A stretch of 64,000 nucleotides of DNA from the human T2T-CHM13v2.0 reference genome, Homo sapiens. The DNA lies in assembly GCF_009914755.1 (NCBI RefSeq), contig NC_060931.1. One strand, 5' to 3'. The notes beneath the pieces are model-generated. The model had not been told where the DNA came from. It searched no databases and was given only the letters and a program-made list of their open reading frames with translations. This document shows, one piece after another, positions 13,849-29,109 of this stretch; positions within the stretch are counted from its first letter, which is position 1; each line of letters opens with the position of its first letter. The translations under genes were made by a program, and so were the position numbers.

Positions 13849-15251
13849 TCTGCTGGGGAGAACAAAGTCAATCATCACTCATTTGGTTCTCCAACTACCT
13901 GAGCCTAAATTTTGATTGGCAAGTTTGGTTGGGTTCAGATACTTTCACTAGAAAGCCGTAGGCCTGTGAGTCTCCAGATGAAAGGTGGGTTTAGATCTAC
14001 ACATCTCCTGTTTCAGGGCAGTGAGCTGTTTTGGACCCATCTCTAGTAGAAGTTTCTTGGAGCTCTCCAGCCACAATAAAGGTACAGTGTTCCTGTTCAC
14101 TCACTTTGGCAGAGCCTTGAAAAGGAGCACAGAGACGGTCAAATAGTAAAATCTAAAAACCCGTAGAAAACCCTAGCAGAAAGTATTCTTAAAGACCCAG
14201 CTGTATTTTTCTGTTCATAAGACCCAGATAAGCATAGTCTTCCCATTTGACATTCTGACTTTAACATGAGAGGGAGTTTCATGCCCCCTTGGTAGGACAT
14301 TGGAGTACTTGTTGCAGCGTGCAAGAAGTGGACTTTGTCCAGCTTATATTTAGAATAACCTTGCCAGCACATTCCAGGGAGATGATCAAGGAGTTTTGCC
14401 AAACTGTGATAAATCAGCACATTGAGCAGCCTCTGATGGCTGATAAGCTTGGGAGTGCCAGTTAATTGACAAGAACCGCACTTGTCAATCTTTTGAGGTC
14501 ATGGAAATGGATCTCTTGTCTTTCTGCCCTTCCCCAAGTCTTCACCCGCTTGCTCTTTGGTAGATTGAGCATGGCCTTGCACTGCATGGAGCACACCTCC
14601 CACCTTTGTTCTTGTGTGTTTGCTGAGTAATTAATCTCATTGTGCTAGTATGGAAATAGTCTATTAAAACATTCCGGAGGACACCATGGAGAGGGAGGAA
14701 GGAGGATGAAGACTGGCGGAGGGAGTAGTTTGCTCTGTTTAATTGGTTCTTTCACCTAATGGTAGTTTGTCAATTAAGGGGATACTTAGAGAAAGTGAAA
14801 TTAATCCATGTGGGTCAAATGCAGCTATTAATTTTTAATCAAAACACAATGTTCAACAAATCTGTATCTGTGCTTAGTACAAATGTAAGCATGCCACCAG
14901 CCTCTTCCCAAAGGATGTGGGAGCAGGCACAGGAAAGGGGGGCCTGTTAATCTAGCAAATGTTTGCCTCCTCCCACACTCCCTGTGACCCTGAGGTAAGC
15001 TCCGCAGAGCTTCGTTCTTGTCTCTTCACCATCTATTGCATTGCCTAACACATGGTAGATGCTCAGTGATATTGCTCTTCTGGAACTCTTTCCATCCCTA
15101 TTATGTGCACAGCTTTGGAGTACCTCAAATAGGTTTTAGGCATAACAGCTATTCTCTAAGAGCTCCTAGCCTGCTTGAGAAAGCAGAGGAGGCAGTTATG
15201 AATGCATCCCCAAGTCACTCAGAGCAACGTACAATCAAGTACAAGAATGTG

Positions 15252-15440
15252 TGATAAACCGTGGCATTTGTTGAGCACTTGCTATATGCCAGATACTTTT
15301 AAGCACTTCACATAAACCAAGTTTTTTAATCTTTGCAACAACACAATAAAATAAGTACCATTTTTATCATCCTATTCATAAATAAGGTCACTGAGGCCCA
15401 GAACATTTAGGTAACTTGCCTAGGGTCTCACGGCTAGTAC
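15252..15440 (-). mobile_element. MIR
   Basis: 'catttgttgagcacttgctatatgccagatact...aatctttgcaacaac...actgaggcccaga...ggtaacttgcctagggtctcacggctagt'. Confidence 0.8.
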
Positions 15441-17284
15441 AATTAGTCTGCTAGAGGGTTGCATTCATTACCTAATATTATAAGACCCAGAGTTGTCCCA
15501 AGAGAGCTGGCATTGATCAGGGGTTAAGGTATGAGTTTATTTTGGAAAGTGCCAGAATAAGATGCTCCAGGTAGTTGGAATGGTAATCAGCACGGTTTTG
15601 TGGAAAAGGAGTGCATTTCTGGTTAACTGGAATATGAGGTTGGTGAGGTTGAGGTAGGTCTAGGTTAATACACTTTCAGGGTCTTGGATACCAGGATGAG
15701 AAATTTTCATGTCGGTTATTCTGGGATTTCTTTATTGTTTATGGGTTGTTTCACTTTGGAGGAGCAAGTCCCGTTCCTCTATTTCTGCACTTGGGCATTG
15801 TGCCCTCATCATTATCTCTCTTACCTCCTCTGCCTCCCTCCATCTGGCATCTTTCTTCTCATTTATGGCATCCTTAGCTCCTCCTGCTTCCCATTTTTAG
15901 AGAGAGGGAGAGAGAAGAGAAAATCAAGAAAGTACACCAGCCGGCCTACTTCTACTGACTTTCAGAGGTTGAATGAAGCTTTTCTCAGCCCTCTGCCCTC
16001 ACCTCAGTTTGGTCCTGGAACTTTGAGAGGAAAAACACCAGAAGGACTTGGCCTCAGGAAGTTTTCTTCTGCCTCCCCTTACTGAGCAGAAAGCAGGTTG
16101 GAGGAACCACTTGGCTCTGTGACATTTATAGTGACATGGTTTGGAGAGGTCAGGAAGGACTGTCCCAGTGGTGTCTCTTCAGGCTGCTCACAACTGCCTG
16201 AAACCTCTCAGTAGGAGAGGTTTCTCATGATCCAGTGAAAAATCAGGCTTCAGGTGTACATAGTTTAGGATAGGCTACAGGGTATGTTAAATTCCTTCAC
16301 ATTGGCCAGAAGCTGGAGAAATGTGAGGACAGGTAAAATCCTTGGATATTTTCTTCTTTACTTCCAAGGTAGCTTACAACCTGGCCTCTTGAAGTCATTG
16401 GGCTGATGATAACTGGTGGAAATTTGCAGGTAATTGCCAATGACAATGAGGGAGAGAATTGGGGAATAGAGGGGCCCTATGAAGAGGATCCTCTGCCTCG
16501 TATTCCATGCAGTCCTATGGGCTGCTGCAGTAAACCTGGGAGGTCATCAGGATTACCACAAAGACTCGTGATTGGGTGGGTGTCCCTCTGGGCAGCCTAG
16601 TTTCCCTAGACATACAACACGTGTTCTTCTCCAGCAGTGCAAAGCTGAGAAGGGGCCTGAGTAATCGTTCTGGTCTTGCTCCAGGAGGCAAAGCCACAGC
16701 TGTCTGTGTACCCCCATGCAAGTGGGCAGGAGGGGTTCCAGCAAGGCTGCTTGCTGGGGGAGACAGGGTGGAGGGAGGAACAGCGACTCTGGATCATAGA
16801 GCAGAGGTCAGGGAAGCACAGTTAGGATGGAAAGTCTCGGGCAGAAGGTGGGTAGAGGTGGATAGGCAGTGTACATGGTGTTTCACCATGTCATCTTGAC
16901 CAGGAACACGGTGGAGAGAACAGATATAGCTGACTCTGTGTGATCAGTGATTTTAAAATGACACTAGTGTCAGACTCTTAACCAGCAAGGGAACACATCT
17001 TGTAAATCTGGGAAAACTAGGTAGCCCAAAGGGACACCCACCCAAACAAGAGTCCTTCATGTTGAAGAAGAAGAAGCACTTCTTGATAAACAATGAAACA
17101 AGCTGATATGGAAGAAATTGTTATGTCATGGGAAGGAGGACATTTTTGGTACCTAATGATTAATATGAAATAATAATTATGTAGTGATTATATCCTTGCC
17201 TCTCAATCTAAGAATACTCAGAACATTGTCATAGTGAATTTCAGTATCTTCTATGTGAAAAGCAGCTTAGCTAGTGATATCTGT

Positions 17285-17910
17285 TATTCATGCATTCATT
17301 TTTTCTTTCCTTTGCCATATATTTACCAAAACCTAATCTCTGCTAGGTAGTGAATAAGGCTTTTGGGATGCGGCAACAAACAAAATGGGCATGTTCACTG
17401 CCCTTAAAATGTAAGGTGAAATACAACCTTTATAGTGTCCACTTTCCTGCGATGGTTAAGGTTTTCTTCGTGGACAAATACATGATCAATTCTATAGCTA
17501 TTCCATGCACATATAAAGAAAAGTGAATAATACCTGTTCACAATCTCAAAATACCTGTTAAATAAAATGTATCAATTTTAAACATTAGTGTGAGACAAAA
17601 ACATTAAGTAACAGATTGTGTGCGTGTGTGCAGGCATGTACAGTTAGTCTTGAAAAGATCAATTGGGAGTCAGTGGAGCATTTAAAGCAGGGATAGACAT
17701 GATCAGATTTGTCATTTAAACGGTAACTTTGGCAGCTGTGTGGAGGACGGATTGAGGGAGGCCAGAGTGAAGATCAGCAGTGAGGAGAGACTGTTACCCA
17801 GGTGAGAGAGGATGGTGACTCAGAGTAGGCAATGTGGGGGCTGAGAGAAGAAAAGGAGCTAAATTCTTCTTGGAGATCAAATAAGCAAGATTTGGCAACT
17901 GATGGAAGAG
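17285..17910 (-). mobile_element. L2 fragments
   Basis: 'attcatgcattcatt...' 3' end and 'gggagtcagtggagcatttaaagcagggatagacatgatcagatttg...ggcagctgtgtggaggacggattgagg...ccaggtgagagaggatggtg'. Confidence 0.7.
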
Positions 17911-18079
17911 AATGTAAAACAATTATCTACTTCCTAGGTTGGTTGTGGGAACTAAATGAGACATTATTCGCTTCATTTTACAAACAAGGAAATAGAGACT
18001 CCAAAGTGATTGAGATAAACGTCTGACTTCCACACAGCCTTTGATCTCTCTACTGCACAAGGCATAAAAAGGGTGTAAA

Positions 18080-18254
18080 CAGAGGTAGATTCACCCAGGC
18101 TAATGGCTGAAAGCCTCAAGGCCCTTCACTTGCTGGGATCTCATCCAAGGCCTCATACCTAATTTTATATTCATAACTTTGTATTCATTTTCTTAAAAAG
18201 CACCCTCCACAAGGGTTTAAGCTTCAGACTCCAGGAAACCTCTGTCTACCTCTG
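18080..18254 (+). mobile_element. hAT-Tip100 MITE (Arthur1-like)
   Basis: Perfect 10 bp terminal inverted repeats cagaggtaga (18080-18089) / tctacctctg (18245-18254); internal 'cctaattttatattcataactttgtattc...aagcttcag'. Confidence 0.65.
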
Positions 18255-18407
18255 GCCAAGTAAGTAACCTCATTGGGTAGGACTGAAACTTGATGGGATG
18301 AGACCTAGGATCAAAATCTGACCCAGCAGGCAGAGAAAGTAGTGTGTTTAGGTTGGGATCAACTGGGAGAGAAACAGATGCCATATTGGAGGCATAACAA
18401 AAATATA

Positions 18408-18678
18408 ACTGTTAGTGTTTATTGAATACTTCTTGTGTCAAACAGTGTATTTATTGACTTTGATTTTTTGGGGGAAGTTTCTTGTATTATATCACTTAAT
18501 TCTTATACAACCCAACAGGGTGGTTGCTTTCATTATCCCCATTTTATATGTGAGGAAAGTAAGCCCTGGTAAGAGTAAGTAAATTAACAAAGTATCACAA
18601 TACTAAGCAGGTGAGCAGCACTGGCATCTTACAGGCCTGACTTTGATGTTTGAGGCTGTCCTTAACCTCCACTGCTAG
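18408..18678 (-). mobile_element. MIR
   Basis: 'tttattgaatacttcttgtgtca...attatccccattttatatgtgaggaaa...cttaacctccactgcta'. Confidence 0.8.
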
Positions 18679-19981
18679 AGGGACTGTGGTCCGAAGCCAG
18701 CACCTCTGATAGATTCTTGACATGTGCTGGGCATTTCCTCTCCTAGAGGTTGGAGGAAGCAAGGTCTAATTCTGTCCTGCTCCTTTCCAAAAAGGAATTG
18801 CTTGGTGAAATGTCAGTGGGAGAAAGTAATCACCCCACCTTCAGATACAGAGTTGAGGACTTATCTGACATGTGCCGGAGAAGACAAGAAGATTCTGAGG
18901 CTTGAGGCCGAAGGAGGGCATCAAGAGACTCCAGCAGCCTTATTTTGTTATTATGCGGTTGTTATTTTGACTCAACAGTTGGCTCTGGTGAAGGGGAGAG
19001 ATGGGGCTTATATGCAACAACAAGTGAGGGCGATTTGAGGGAAAACATGTGACCCAGACTAGGAGCATTGTGTCCACATTAACTGAAGCTCACAGAAATC
19101 CTAAGGATAAGTAGGGTTTTCAGCGTAATTTTGTTTTTTATGTTCTGATCAAGATTAAGAAAAGGAGGCTTTGTCCTTTGATGGAAGGTGTGGTGTTGAT
19201 GGATGACCCAGAGAAAGCAGAGAGGTTCACCTCCTGCTCTACCTTCCTGTCCAGAACATGATCTTTAGAAGGAAAGGTATAGAATTTTCTTGGCTTAAAG
19301 GGACTTTAGATCCAAGATCAGTAAAGAGATTGCCTTGAAGATTTAAATGAGCTCACGTTTTCCTGACCTGGACAAGTTACCTCCCCACATGCTGAGAGAT
19401 CTTGTAAATGAAATCACTGACCCCTCCCTGCCAGAGATGTTGGAGAAAGGTGGGACATCAGGAGAGAGGCTGGGAGACTAGAGGGGGGCAAATACATTGC
19501 GAAATTTTTAAAGAGAAAGGAGTGTTCTGTAGCCACAGGTCAGTGAGCATCAGGTGCTCTACAGGATCCTAGACCCGGTCAGCATGGAGCAGGCTGGTGA
19601 AGAGGAAGCAGGAATCAAAGAGTCGGGTCACTAAGACTGGTCACTGGAGCTTAGCACCTTTTTTTTTTTAACAAGCTTACTAGGCAGTTACCAAAAGTGG
19701 AAAGGGCAGTCTTACTCCCTCTTCTCAAGGTCTTCGACAAGGTCTTTTATGAAGCCTTTGTGGATTCGGTGGGAAACTGTGGAGTGGCTGCAGCAAATTG
19801 GTGAATTTGTTGAACTGACCAAGTTGATGGTCGCTCTACAGTTTCGTCACGGGACTCTGCCCTATATAAAATAATCGTCAGTAGTTGGGTAATAATTATT
19901 CTGCACCAAAGTTGCAGAAGACAGAAAGTTGTGAGGAAAACAGATAGCTTCAGATGGCCAAGTCAGAATTTGAAAAAGAAA

Positions 19982-20850
<869 letters not shown>

Positions 20851-22399
20851 AGCTTAGCACAGTGTGATGGGCTGGCTCTTCAAGGATAGCATGACACACA
20901 TGGCTTAGCAATGGTAGATGCGAGAAAGGCCTAGAAATTTTAGTAAAAATTCACCCTAATATTAGCAACAGTGTTATTTGCCTGAGGAAAAAACTAACAG
21001 TATTAAATGGTATTTGGTATTTACAGTGACTGGTAGGGATTGGTTTTTACCCTCCCTCCCCTGCCCAATCTCTGAAGTCTTTTAGGATAAGAACCGATTG
21101 GTTAACAAAGCTTCCTGGATGAACTCAGCACCTTATTCAGCTGGCCACTGCCAGCCCCAACCAACAGAGAAAGGAGCATCAGTGAACCAGTTCTGGTGAA
21201 CCAGTTCACCCCACTGTGAAAACTCAAAACCCAGGAGATGTGGTAGATGGAAATAAGGATGTTTAAGGTAAAGAGAGCCTCATGGTCAAGGTGAATCACT
21301 GGATTCAGATGTTTGGAAGTCTGCTCAATAGAGAGAGGAGATTAAATTTGGCCACAGCAGTTAGTACTGTGACAGATTTCTTTTCCATATATAAAATATG
21401 CTTCCTAGAGTCAACGCTATCTAAACATGGACTGGGCCCACGCAGCATCTGGCTCATCCCTGGACGTGTATGTAAACTGAGGCTGGATAAGCTTTGGGTG
21501 CAGTTATGTAGAGACTTAAGTCAGTAAATGGACACAATGCAGTCTGATAAAGGAAAGAGGGTGGAGGCGGGGAGACAATCAGGAGGAGAAAAGAGGCAGA
21601 GAAGTAGAAGCCTGTGGTTGTGGAGATGGTCTGTAACCCCACCGGGAGCAGCAGCATCTGAACTGGTTCTCCCCTTGCTCCCCTTTCTTTTGCCCTCCAG
21701 CCAAACCAGTAACAAAGGGCATTGTCTAGTAGTCTGTGTCAGCAATAAAAGCCATGGGGATCTGACCCGCGGCAGTGTGTTTCAGCCTGCGAACTTCCTG
21801 GATATCTTTACGGGGAATCATTCCCGGGGAAGGAAGGGCAGGCTGGAAATAATATAAGGAGATCAAGAAGGAAGTCAAGCAAGTGACACCTTTAAACAGG
21901 CCAAGCGAGCCGGGCTCTTCCCCCTGGGACAGTTAGAGTTATGCAGAGCTGTAATTAACCCAGCAGCCCACTGGATATGTCTATTTCACCGCACAAAGGC
22001 TGTTGAAAGAAGGATTCTTGAAGAAAGAGGTTCCAATTCAAATGGTATTTGAGTAAGTCCCTTGTCGGATATACTGTTTCTAGAGTTTATGGCTATAATC
22101 AACAAAACATGGCCATTCTTTCATGCAGGTTTCTCATGACTTTCTGAATACCAATCTTTAGAAAGAAAAGGGGAAAAAAAAGGCATCCAGAATTGTCTAG
22201 GGGTAGAATGGGGGAAAGGGAAGGAGGGGGAAATATGGCTCGAATCAAATTAAGGACTTGGTTTTCTTTTCAGAGGATGTTGAAAACATTTAAAAAGCAG
22301 GTGTGTCCTTCTTTCATAAATGAAGACTCTGAGATATGTAAGAAAATTTTCAGTTGTGTATTCAAGTCCCTCAAAATCATTTTATCAACCTCCCTAATT

Positions 22400-22865
22400 T
22401 CAATTAATTTTTTAACAAATATTTTTTGTATGCCTACCCTATATTAGGCACTATTATAGGCGCTGGGGATATTAATATCTCTCTCCTGCCTTCCTGGAGC
22501 TAATAGTGGGGAGAGATAGACAAAAACGTTTAAGTATGTAGACTAATTGGTGTGTGAGATGATGTGCTATAGAGAGAAAAATAGCAGGGAGGGAAATACA
22601 GTGGGGAGGGATGCAAGGAAGGCCTTGCTGAGAAGGTGGCATTTAAGCGAAGATCTGAAGGAGGTGAGATGTGGATCCGGTGGGTGTATGCGTGGTGGGG
22701 TCAGCGGGTGGGGAGAGACAGCAGTGCAGGCAGTGTGCACAGGGATTCGTAAGGTAGCAGTGTCCATGGTAGTGTGTGTGAGGAATAGCAAGCAGGCTGA
22801 CCGGGCCAGAGTGGAGAGGGGGAGAGCCAGAGCACTGGGAGATGAGGGCAGAGAGGTCAGTTATG
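22400..22865 (-). mobile_element. L2a 3' fragment
   Basis: 'aacaaatattttttgtatgcctac...aggcactattataggcgctggggata...gaaggccttgctgagaaggtggcatttaagc...gaggaatagcaagcagg'. Confidence 0.8.
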
Positions 22866-25800
22866 GCTGGAGTCTGCCTTTGCCCTCAATAAGGCACCCA
22901 TTCAGTTACTCAAGTGGGCCAGCACACAGTGGTGTGTCCTCCCACATGCTCTGAGTACTGGCCATTCAGAATGGTTCCCATCACACTTAAAACCGTAGAG
23001 AATAAAATTACATTGTCACTGTGCTACTCTTCACCCTTGGATAGTCCTAGAGTCCTTTGGCGTAGCTTTTACATAGTGTGCCACATCCCACTGTACTCCC
23101 TTTCCTGAGAACAGACTGATGGACCGAGTTACGATTTATATGAGAGAACCCCAAATCAGAATTCCTAGCCATGTCTAATTTATATATCAGCAGGCAAGTT
23201 GTTTTGTTTCTTGTTTGGGTTTTGGGGCTTCTGTTTTGGGGTGGGGTTTTTTTTTTTTTTTCCCAGTACCGTAACTTATAATCTCAGATCATGGAAGAGC
23301 ATTCTCTAATGAGCTTTCTAAAGCCAAGAGCTCTACCCAGTTGCTGGGTAAAGGGGGGAACATGGAGAATTAGAATGTTTACATTGTAACTGATTTATGT
23401 ACACTATATTTGCATGTAAGTGTACTAAAATATTTTTTAAAATTACCAGCCATTAAAAATGTGTTTGCTAATGGGGATAAGAATGCTGGATACAATGAGG
23501 TAAGCTTTGTTTAAAAGGATTTAGGAGACTCACAATTCATAATCAATATTTCAACACACTCGTCTGCATTTTTAGGGCAATAGATCTGTAAGTAGAAACA
23601 GGCGTATTTGAAGAAAAACATTAGTTTCTGAGATCTGGCCAGCTCCTGTTCTTACCACTCTGTCATCTCTGATTGGATTAGACGTCACAGAAAGGGCCTC
23701 AGATCCTTGTTTCACGTTAAGTTTAACCACTCCAGTTGAATACCATCCTTGTGGAGCTCAGTGGAGAGAAATTAAATTTCTATCACCAGAAGTATGGCAC
23801 TGAATCAGGTATCAAGGGGGCTACATCAGTAAACTTCGTTGGTTACAAGATGTATGTCCTTCCTGAGGCTCTGTAGCTGTTAAGTTGGCTCTTTCCAATC
23901 ACAGTCTGATCTTTCATTTTCCCGTAATGCAGTTAGACAACCTAGTTATTCAGGCATAGACTTCTCTGTTTTTCATTATCCCTGAATAACATTTGATGCT
24001 GAAATAGGGAAGACGGGAAGGACGGGGGAGGGGAGCCAAGCATTTTTCACAGCTTGTGTGAAATGCTTAATATTTGAACGTCTTTAAAATATACTGTACA
24101 CATACATTCCAATTTTATAAGACTAACATAACATGTTCAAAAGTTTTATGAATTTCAGCATGTAACCAGAGTAAACGTTAGCCTGTTTTAAATAAGCCAT
24201 AATGGCCTGGCAACAAACCTGCATAGTTAGCAAATCCCTCCTCTGTTTATGGGCAGCCATTCCTCACCAGGTCACTACAAAATACAAGTTTTATCAGTTT
24301 CTGTGGACTCCGTAAGTTGGTCTGTGTACTGAGTTCAGCATGAATCTGGTTTTAAGAGCACAAAACCAAGGGCATCATGATGAGGTGATATTTCGTTTTG
24401 ATTTTAATGAAATGGCATGAATCTGACTTGCTTAAGAATATGTCCAGGCCTCTCGTATCCTGTGGGGGCAACTTGGTTCCTAAATGCCTTCCGTAAGCAC
24501 AGGGCCACACAGACGTAGCAGGCTTACCCCTTCCTCACTGGAGTCAAGAGAGTGCTTTGTGCCTAGAAAATGTTTGTTTTTTTGGTGGGGCTTTTTTTTT
24601 TTTTTTTACTTAGGTTGGAAGCGCCCCCCAGATGATGCTTTTTAAGGTAGGATCTCCTCTTAACAAGTGAGAGCATCAAACATGCTGGGTCATGCCCAGT
24701 TCCATCCCATCGTGTGTCCTGGGTCTAAGGTATTAGACACAGTCATGCCTCTCAATGGTGAAGGTTCTATGTTACCAGATCATATATTTCATGGAAATCT
24801 GCTAGCTCACCAGATAAAATCCTCCCAGCTTCTTCAAGCGTGGCAGAGGAGAGAGACTTCCCATGTGTTAAAAATCTGCTAAACTTTGCAGCCCCAACTC
24901 TTTTGCCCGTAGACTCACCCTGGCCTCAGCCATCCCTCAGGAATCATCTACCGTAGACCAAACTGGCTTCAGGGGATATTCCAACCCCTGATGTACTCTG
25001 GCATCAAAAGCTCCTTTAATTACAAATAGGACACCAGAGAACAGGTTGGAGCATTTAAATAAGACTGATCTAAAGGCTGTGGGCCAAAGATTTCTCACAG
25101 AGGGCAACACGTAATTAGGTAATCTGACTCACAAGATGAAGTTTACTCGCTTTCATTGTGGTGCCCCCCAGGGCAGCCTTCCCCACCTGCCCTCTAGGCC
25201 TGTGTCCTTGTAGCACTTACCACTTGTAAGCCCAGCCTTCTGGGAGACCCTCAGTCAGGTCCAGATGCTTCCAGAGGCCGACTCCAGACTCATCCAGTTT
25301 CTTCTCTCTTTGTCTTATAACAGTCATGGTCCTCATTGCTCCCTAAAACATCCTACTTAGTATTTAGAGCTCACTATACATCTGTTCAAAGCTTGGCTTT
25401 TGGAAGTCTTTATTGTACCAGTCTTCTTACCTCCTGAAATAAGGAAAATATAAGTATAACTGCCCACAGAGGCATATAAAACTCCTTTCCATTTACCTCA
25501 TTTATTCGTCTTATTTAGGGGAAGCGCAGTTCAGGGTGGGCAGTCTAGTTTAAGCCATTGAGTCTAGTTTAAGCCGTTGTTCACCATCATGATTTTATAG
25601 CCTTTAGTTTTATTCCCTGTCAGCCATAGACATCCCCAGAGATGCAAGAACTCATGCAGGAAAACCCATTTAATTAGGACCCACTGTGAAGGACCAGGAA
25701 ACAGACCCTAAAGCACTTTATGACGGAAGCTGTTGATCAGGAAACAGGATGTTTTCCTTTCCCTGGGTTTAGGTCTGGCTCATACTCCTTTGGGGAGATC

Positions 25801-26169
25801 TGGGGGCCTGTCTCCATCTCCACGGAAACAGAACCTGTAACCTTCCCAGAATCAGGTTACCCTAGAGGGCAGTGACATTTATATCTGCTTTTTTGTTTGT
25901 TCGTTGTTCTCTTTCCTAAGACATGTAAGTGGCAGGTTTTGAACTCCTGGATCTCTGCCCAGGGGCCTGGCATGTTGTATATCTGCCATTCTGATGTGTG
26001 GAGGGCCTCCTGTCTACACTCTCTCTGCCCCATGGCTAGAGACAGCTCATTCTGAGAGATTCTTTTTTTATAGGAAGGCAAAGCTCACCTATCCCTAACA
26101 TGCAAAAATTTTCACTTGAGGAGGCGGGGAACTGGTTTAGTAAAGATCTTTGCGTGAAATTGAATCCAG

Positions 26170-26480
26170 TCCTTGCCATCCTTCATGTTCAACTCAAGTC
26201 CTCCTTCTATAATGAAGTCTTCCCCAGCCAGAAGTGATCTTTCTCTTTCCATTACATCAGGGCCTTTTCCACATTCCCACCTTTCCCCCCTCATACTGTT
26301 GACTAGTTTTATTTCCCATTAGTGCTTTGCACCCTAGTGCTCCTAGGTCCATTTAAAGACCTAAATGGCTGGGATCACATCTTCTACTTGGTTATTTCCC
26401 CCACAGCATTCGATCACTTATAAACTGTGTTAATTTTCCCCACAGTGCCTCACATAGAGTGGTGCTCAATTACAACTTAC
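26170..26480 (+). mobile_element. L2 3' fragment
   Basis: 'atccttcatgttcaactcaagtcctccttc...aagtcttcccc...cacagtgcctcacatagagtggtgctcaat'. Confidence 0.55.
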
Positions 26481-26635
26481 TAAGTCCATTTGAAAAGAAA
26501 TACACTGTTGGTCAAGAAATCTGTGTGCTGAGTGCTTCAAGGGACACAGGCAGTATAAATGAGACATCCTGCCCTCAGGGAATGTATAGTCTGAGTGGGG
26601 ATAAGACAAGGCCACATGAAAAGTCTACTAATAGC

Positions 26636-26932
26636 GGCCAGGGGCCATGGCTTCCTACAATACAAGCACTTTGGGAGGCCAAGGTGAGAGGATCACTTGA
26701 GGCCAGGAATTTGAGACCAGCCTGGGCAACATAGTGAGACCCTGTCTCTACAAAAAACTTTCCCAGGTATGGTGGTGGGTGCCTGTAGTCCCAGCTACTC
26801 CAGAGGCTCAGGTGGGAAGACTGTTAGAGCCCAGGAGGTGAAGGCTGCAGTGAGCCAAGATCACACCACTGCAGTCCAGCCTGGGTGACAGAGTGAGACT
26901 GTGTCTCTTTGAAAGAAAAAAAGATAAAAAAA
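26636..26932 (+). mobile_element. AluJ
   Basis: J-type features 'aggatcacttgaggccaggaattt', 'gggcaacatagtgagaccc', 'aaggctgcagtgagc'. Confidence 0.92.
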
Positions 26933-27504
26933 GCAACCAGTAATACAATTCCATATAGGATCTGGGCCAGAAAAAAATAAGTACTGATTGTCATGATCAT
27001 GGTGATACGTTAGTTATCTTGGGTATATACACTGTTTTTACCCATCCCCATAACAACTCTACAAAGTAGATGGTGCTAGACATTCTTAGTCTCAGCTCTC
27101 TTGTCTTTAGAGTGAGGACAAATGATTCGTCCAGTGAGTACAGAGTGCTGGGATTCAGACAGCTCTGTGAGCCCTCACGTGAGGCTCACCCTGGGTTCCA
27201 ATGGCTCAGAGCTTCTCCTCTTGCTTCTCTCTCATTACCCTTGTGCCCTGCCCACTCCCAACCTTTCAAATATATTAAGGAGGATTAACCATATTGTTCA
27301 CTGCTATTAAACAAGACCAGAGACAGAGTCTTTCCAGCAGAGGTGACACCTTGGTGTCTGAATGAGAAAGGAGTTGTCCAAAGACATCTGCCCCACACAG
27401 AAGAAAATTAGACATATCACATGCCTGCTTTGTTATAATGGCATAAAAGTATGTGTATGTTTTAATAAGTCATGTACTGAGTGTACTCAGACTATAGCAT
27501 ATCC

Positions 27505-27735
27505 ATGTGTATTACGGTGGTTAAGAGCTCATCTCTTTAGTAACAAACAGGGGTTCAAATTCTGACTTTACCACTTACAAGCTCTATAGCCTTCAGCAAG
27601 CTAGTTAACTTCTCAGGACCTGTTTTTTCATTGATAAAATGAGTGGGGTAATACCTAGCTCAAAAATTTGTTGTAATATTTAAATATGAATGTAAAGCAC
27701 AGTGCCTGAGGTCACTCAGTGAACTGTGATTGTGG
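27505..27735 (+). mobile_element. MIR (near full length)
   Basis: 'gtggttaagagc...gggttcaaattctgactttaccacttacaagct...taatacctagctc...gtaaagcacagtgcctg'. Confidence 0.85.
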
Positions 27736-29109
27736 TGAGCATACTGTTATATCCCTTCCTGAGCCACAGAACTTGAATTTGTGTTCAGAGCTGGAGACTC
27801 CAGAACATCTCCCAAAGGGAAGCAATTTAAAGTTGAAGTAGCCTCTCCCTTCTGTCAGTGAGGATGCCAGGTCTTTTCTGAGTTTCCTGTAAGTCCTCTA
27901 GGATATGTTACTTTGGATAAAGTCTCACTACTTTGACCTGTGGAAAGAAATTACTGTCCAAGTACACAATTTATTTTGACCTCCCAACACCTTTGGACAA
28001 TTCCAGGCTGGCTCCAGGCTTCATCAGAACAATTATGTCCTCTCTGTGGAAAACATTCCTTTCAAATGAATCAGTAGTTACTCACCTTTTCTTTTCCCAG
28101 CCATATTTTTCAGTTGCCAACAGTGGGATCAGTGAGGGGTAGTGGTGTAGCTAACATTAGCCCAATATAGATAAGCTCCAGATTATCCGTCATCTTGTTT
28201 GAAAAAAGGCAGGCCTGCCAAATTTGCCTACAGTTCCCAGTGAGGGAAAGAAACAACAGGTTCTATGAAGAGGAAGGCACAGAACTAGTCGTGGAAGTCA
28301 CTTTTCCAGACTCCCTCCGTTACTCAGGAGGAAACAAACCCAGAGTGTCTTCTTCAAGGTTAAACTCCCTAGAAGCTGATGGAACCTGGCCAGAGGCTGT
28401 GAACTTTGCACAGAGGGCATCATCAGAATCACCCTCTGCTCAGTGGATCGCTGCCCTCCCATTACTCTGCTGGCACATACCTGATTTGGTTGACATTTCC
28501 ATAATTAATTTATAACAGCAATAACCCTGAGATGAGCCTATTTATAGGTTTGTGCAAGCTAGGTAAGAATATAGATTAAATCTCAGATCATTAACATACT
28601 TAAAGGACTTGGGAGAGTTTTGTGATTGTCAAATGATGTGATTAAAAGGCCTCCAAGCTTGATGTGTACTGGGAATCCACAAGTTTACTTTCCTTGCCAA
28701 GCTCAGAAACAACAAAATAGCAAAAGATAAGCTTACATTCCACCCATTCACCAAAGATGTTGGGTCATCCGGGGAAAAGACTTTGTTCTTTCACAATCCT
28801 GCTGCTTTTCCACCATCCTCCAAACTGGACCAGGGTCATCACTGATGGTCTACAGCTGCTGCCCCACAGATGAGGATCTGTGAGCGTGGTTCTGACCCTT
28901 GATATGCCAGCAAGTGTGGCACCAAGAGTCCCATGGGAAGAATTGCTGTGACTGTCCACAGCAATAGAGATGAGTGTGAGAAGCACACCTATTAGTTGAA
29001 AGGATGCTATTATGACCTGGACTGCTGTGCAGACCCAATCTTACTTTCTTTCCTCCTTTTTATGTTCTGTTGTTCTGGTTGTTAACCTTCTGAAAAGTAA
29101 CATGGATTG

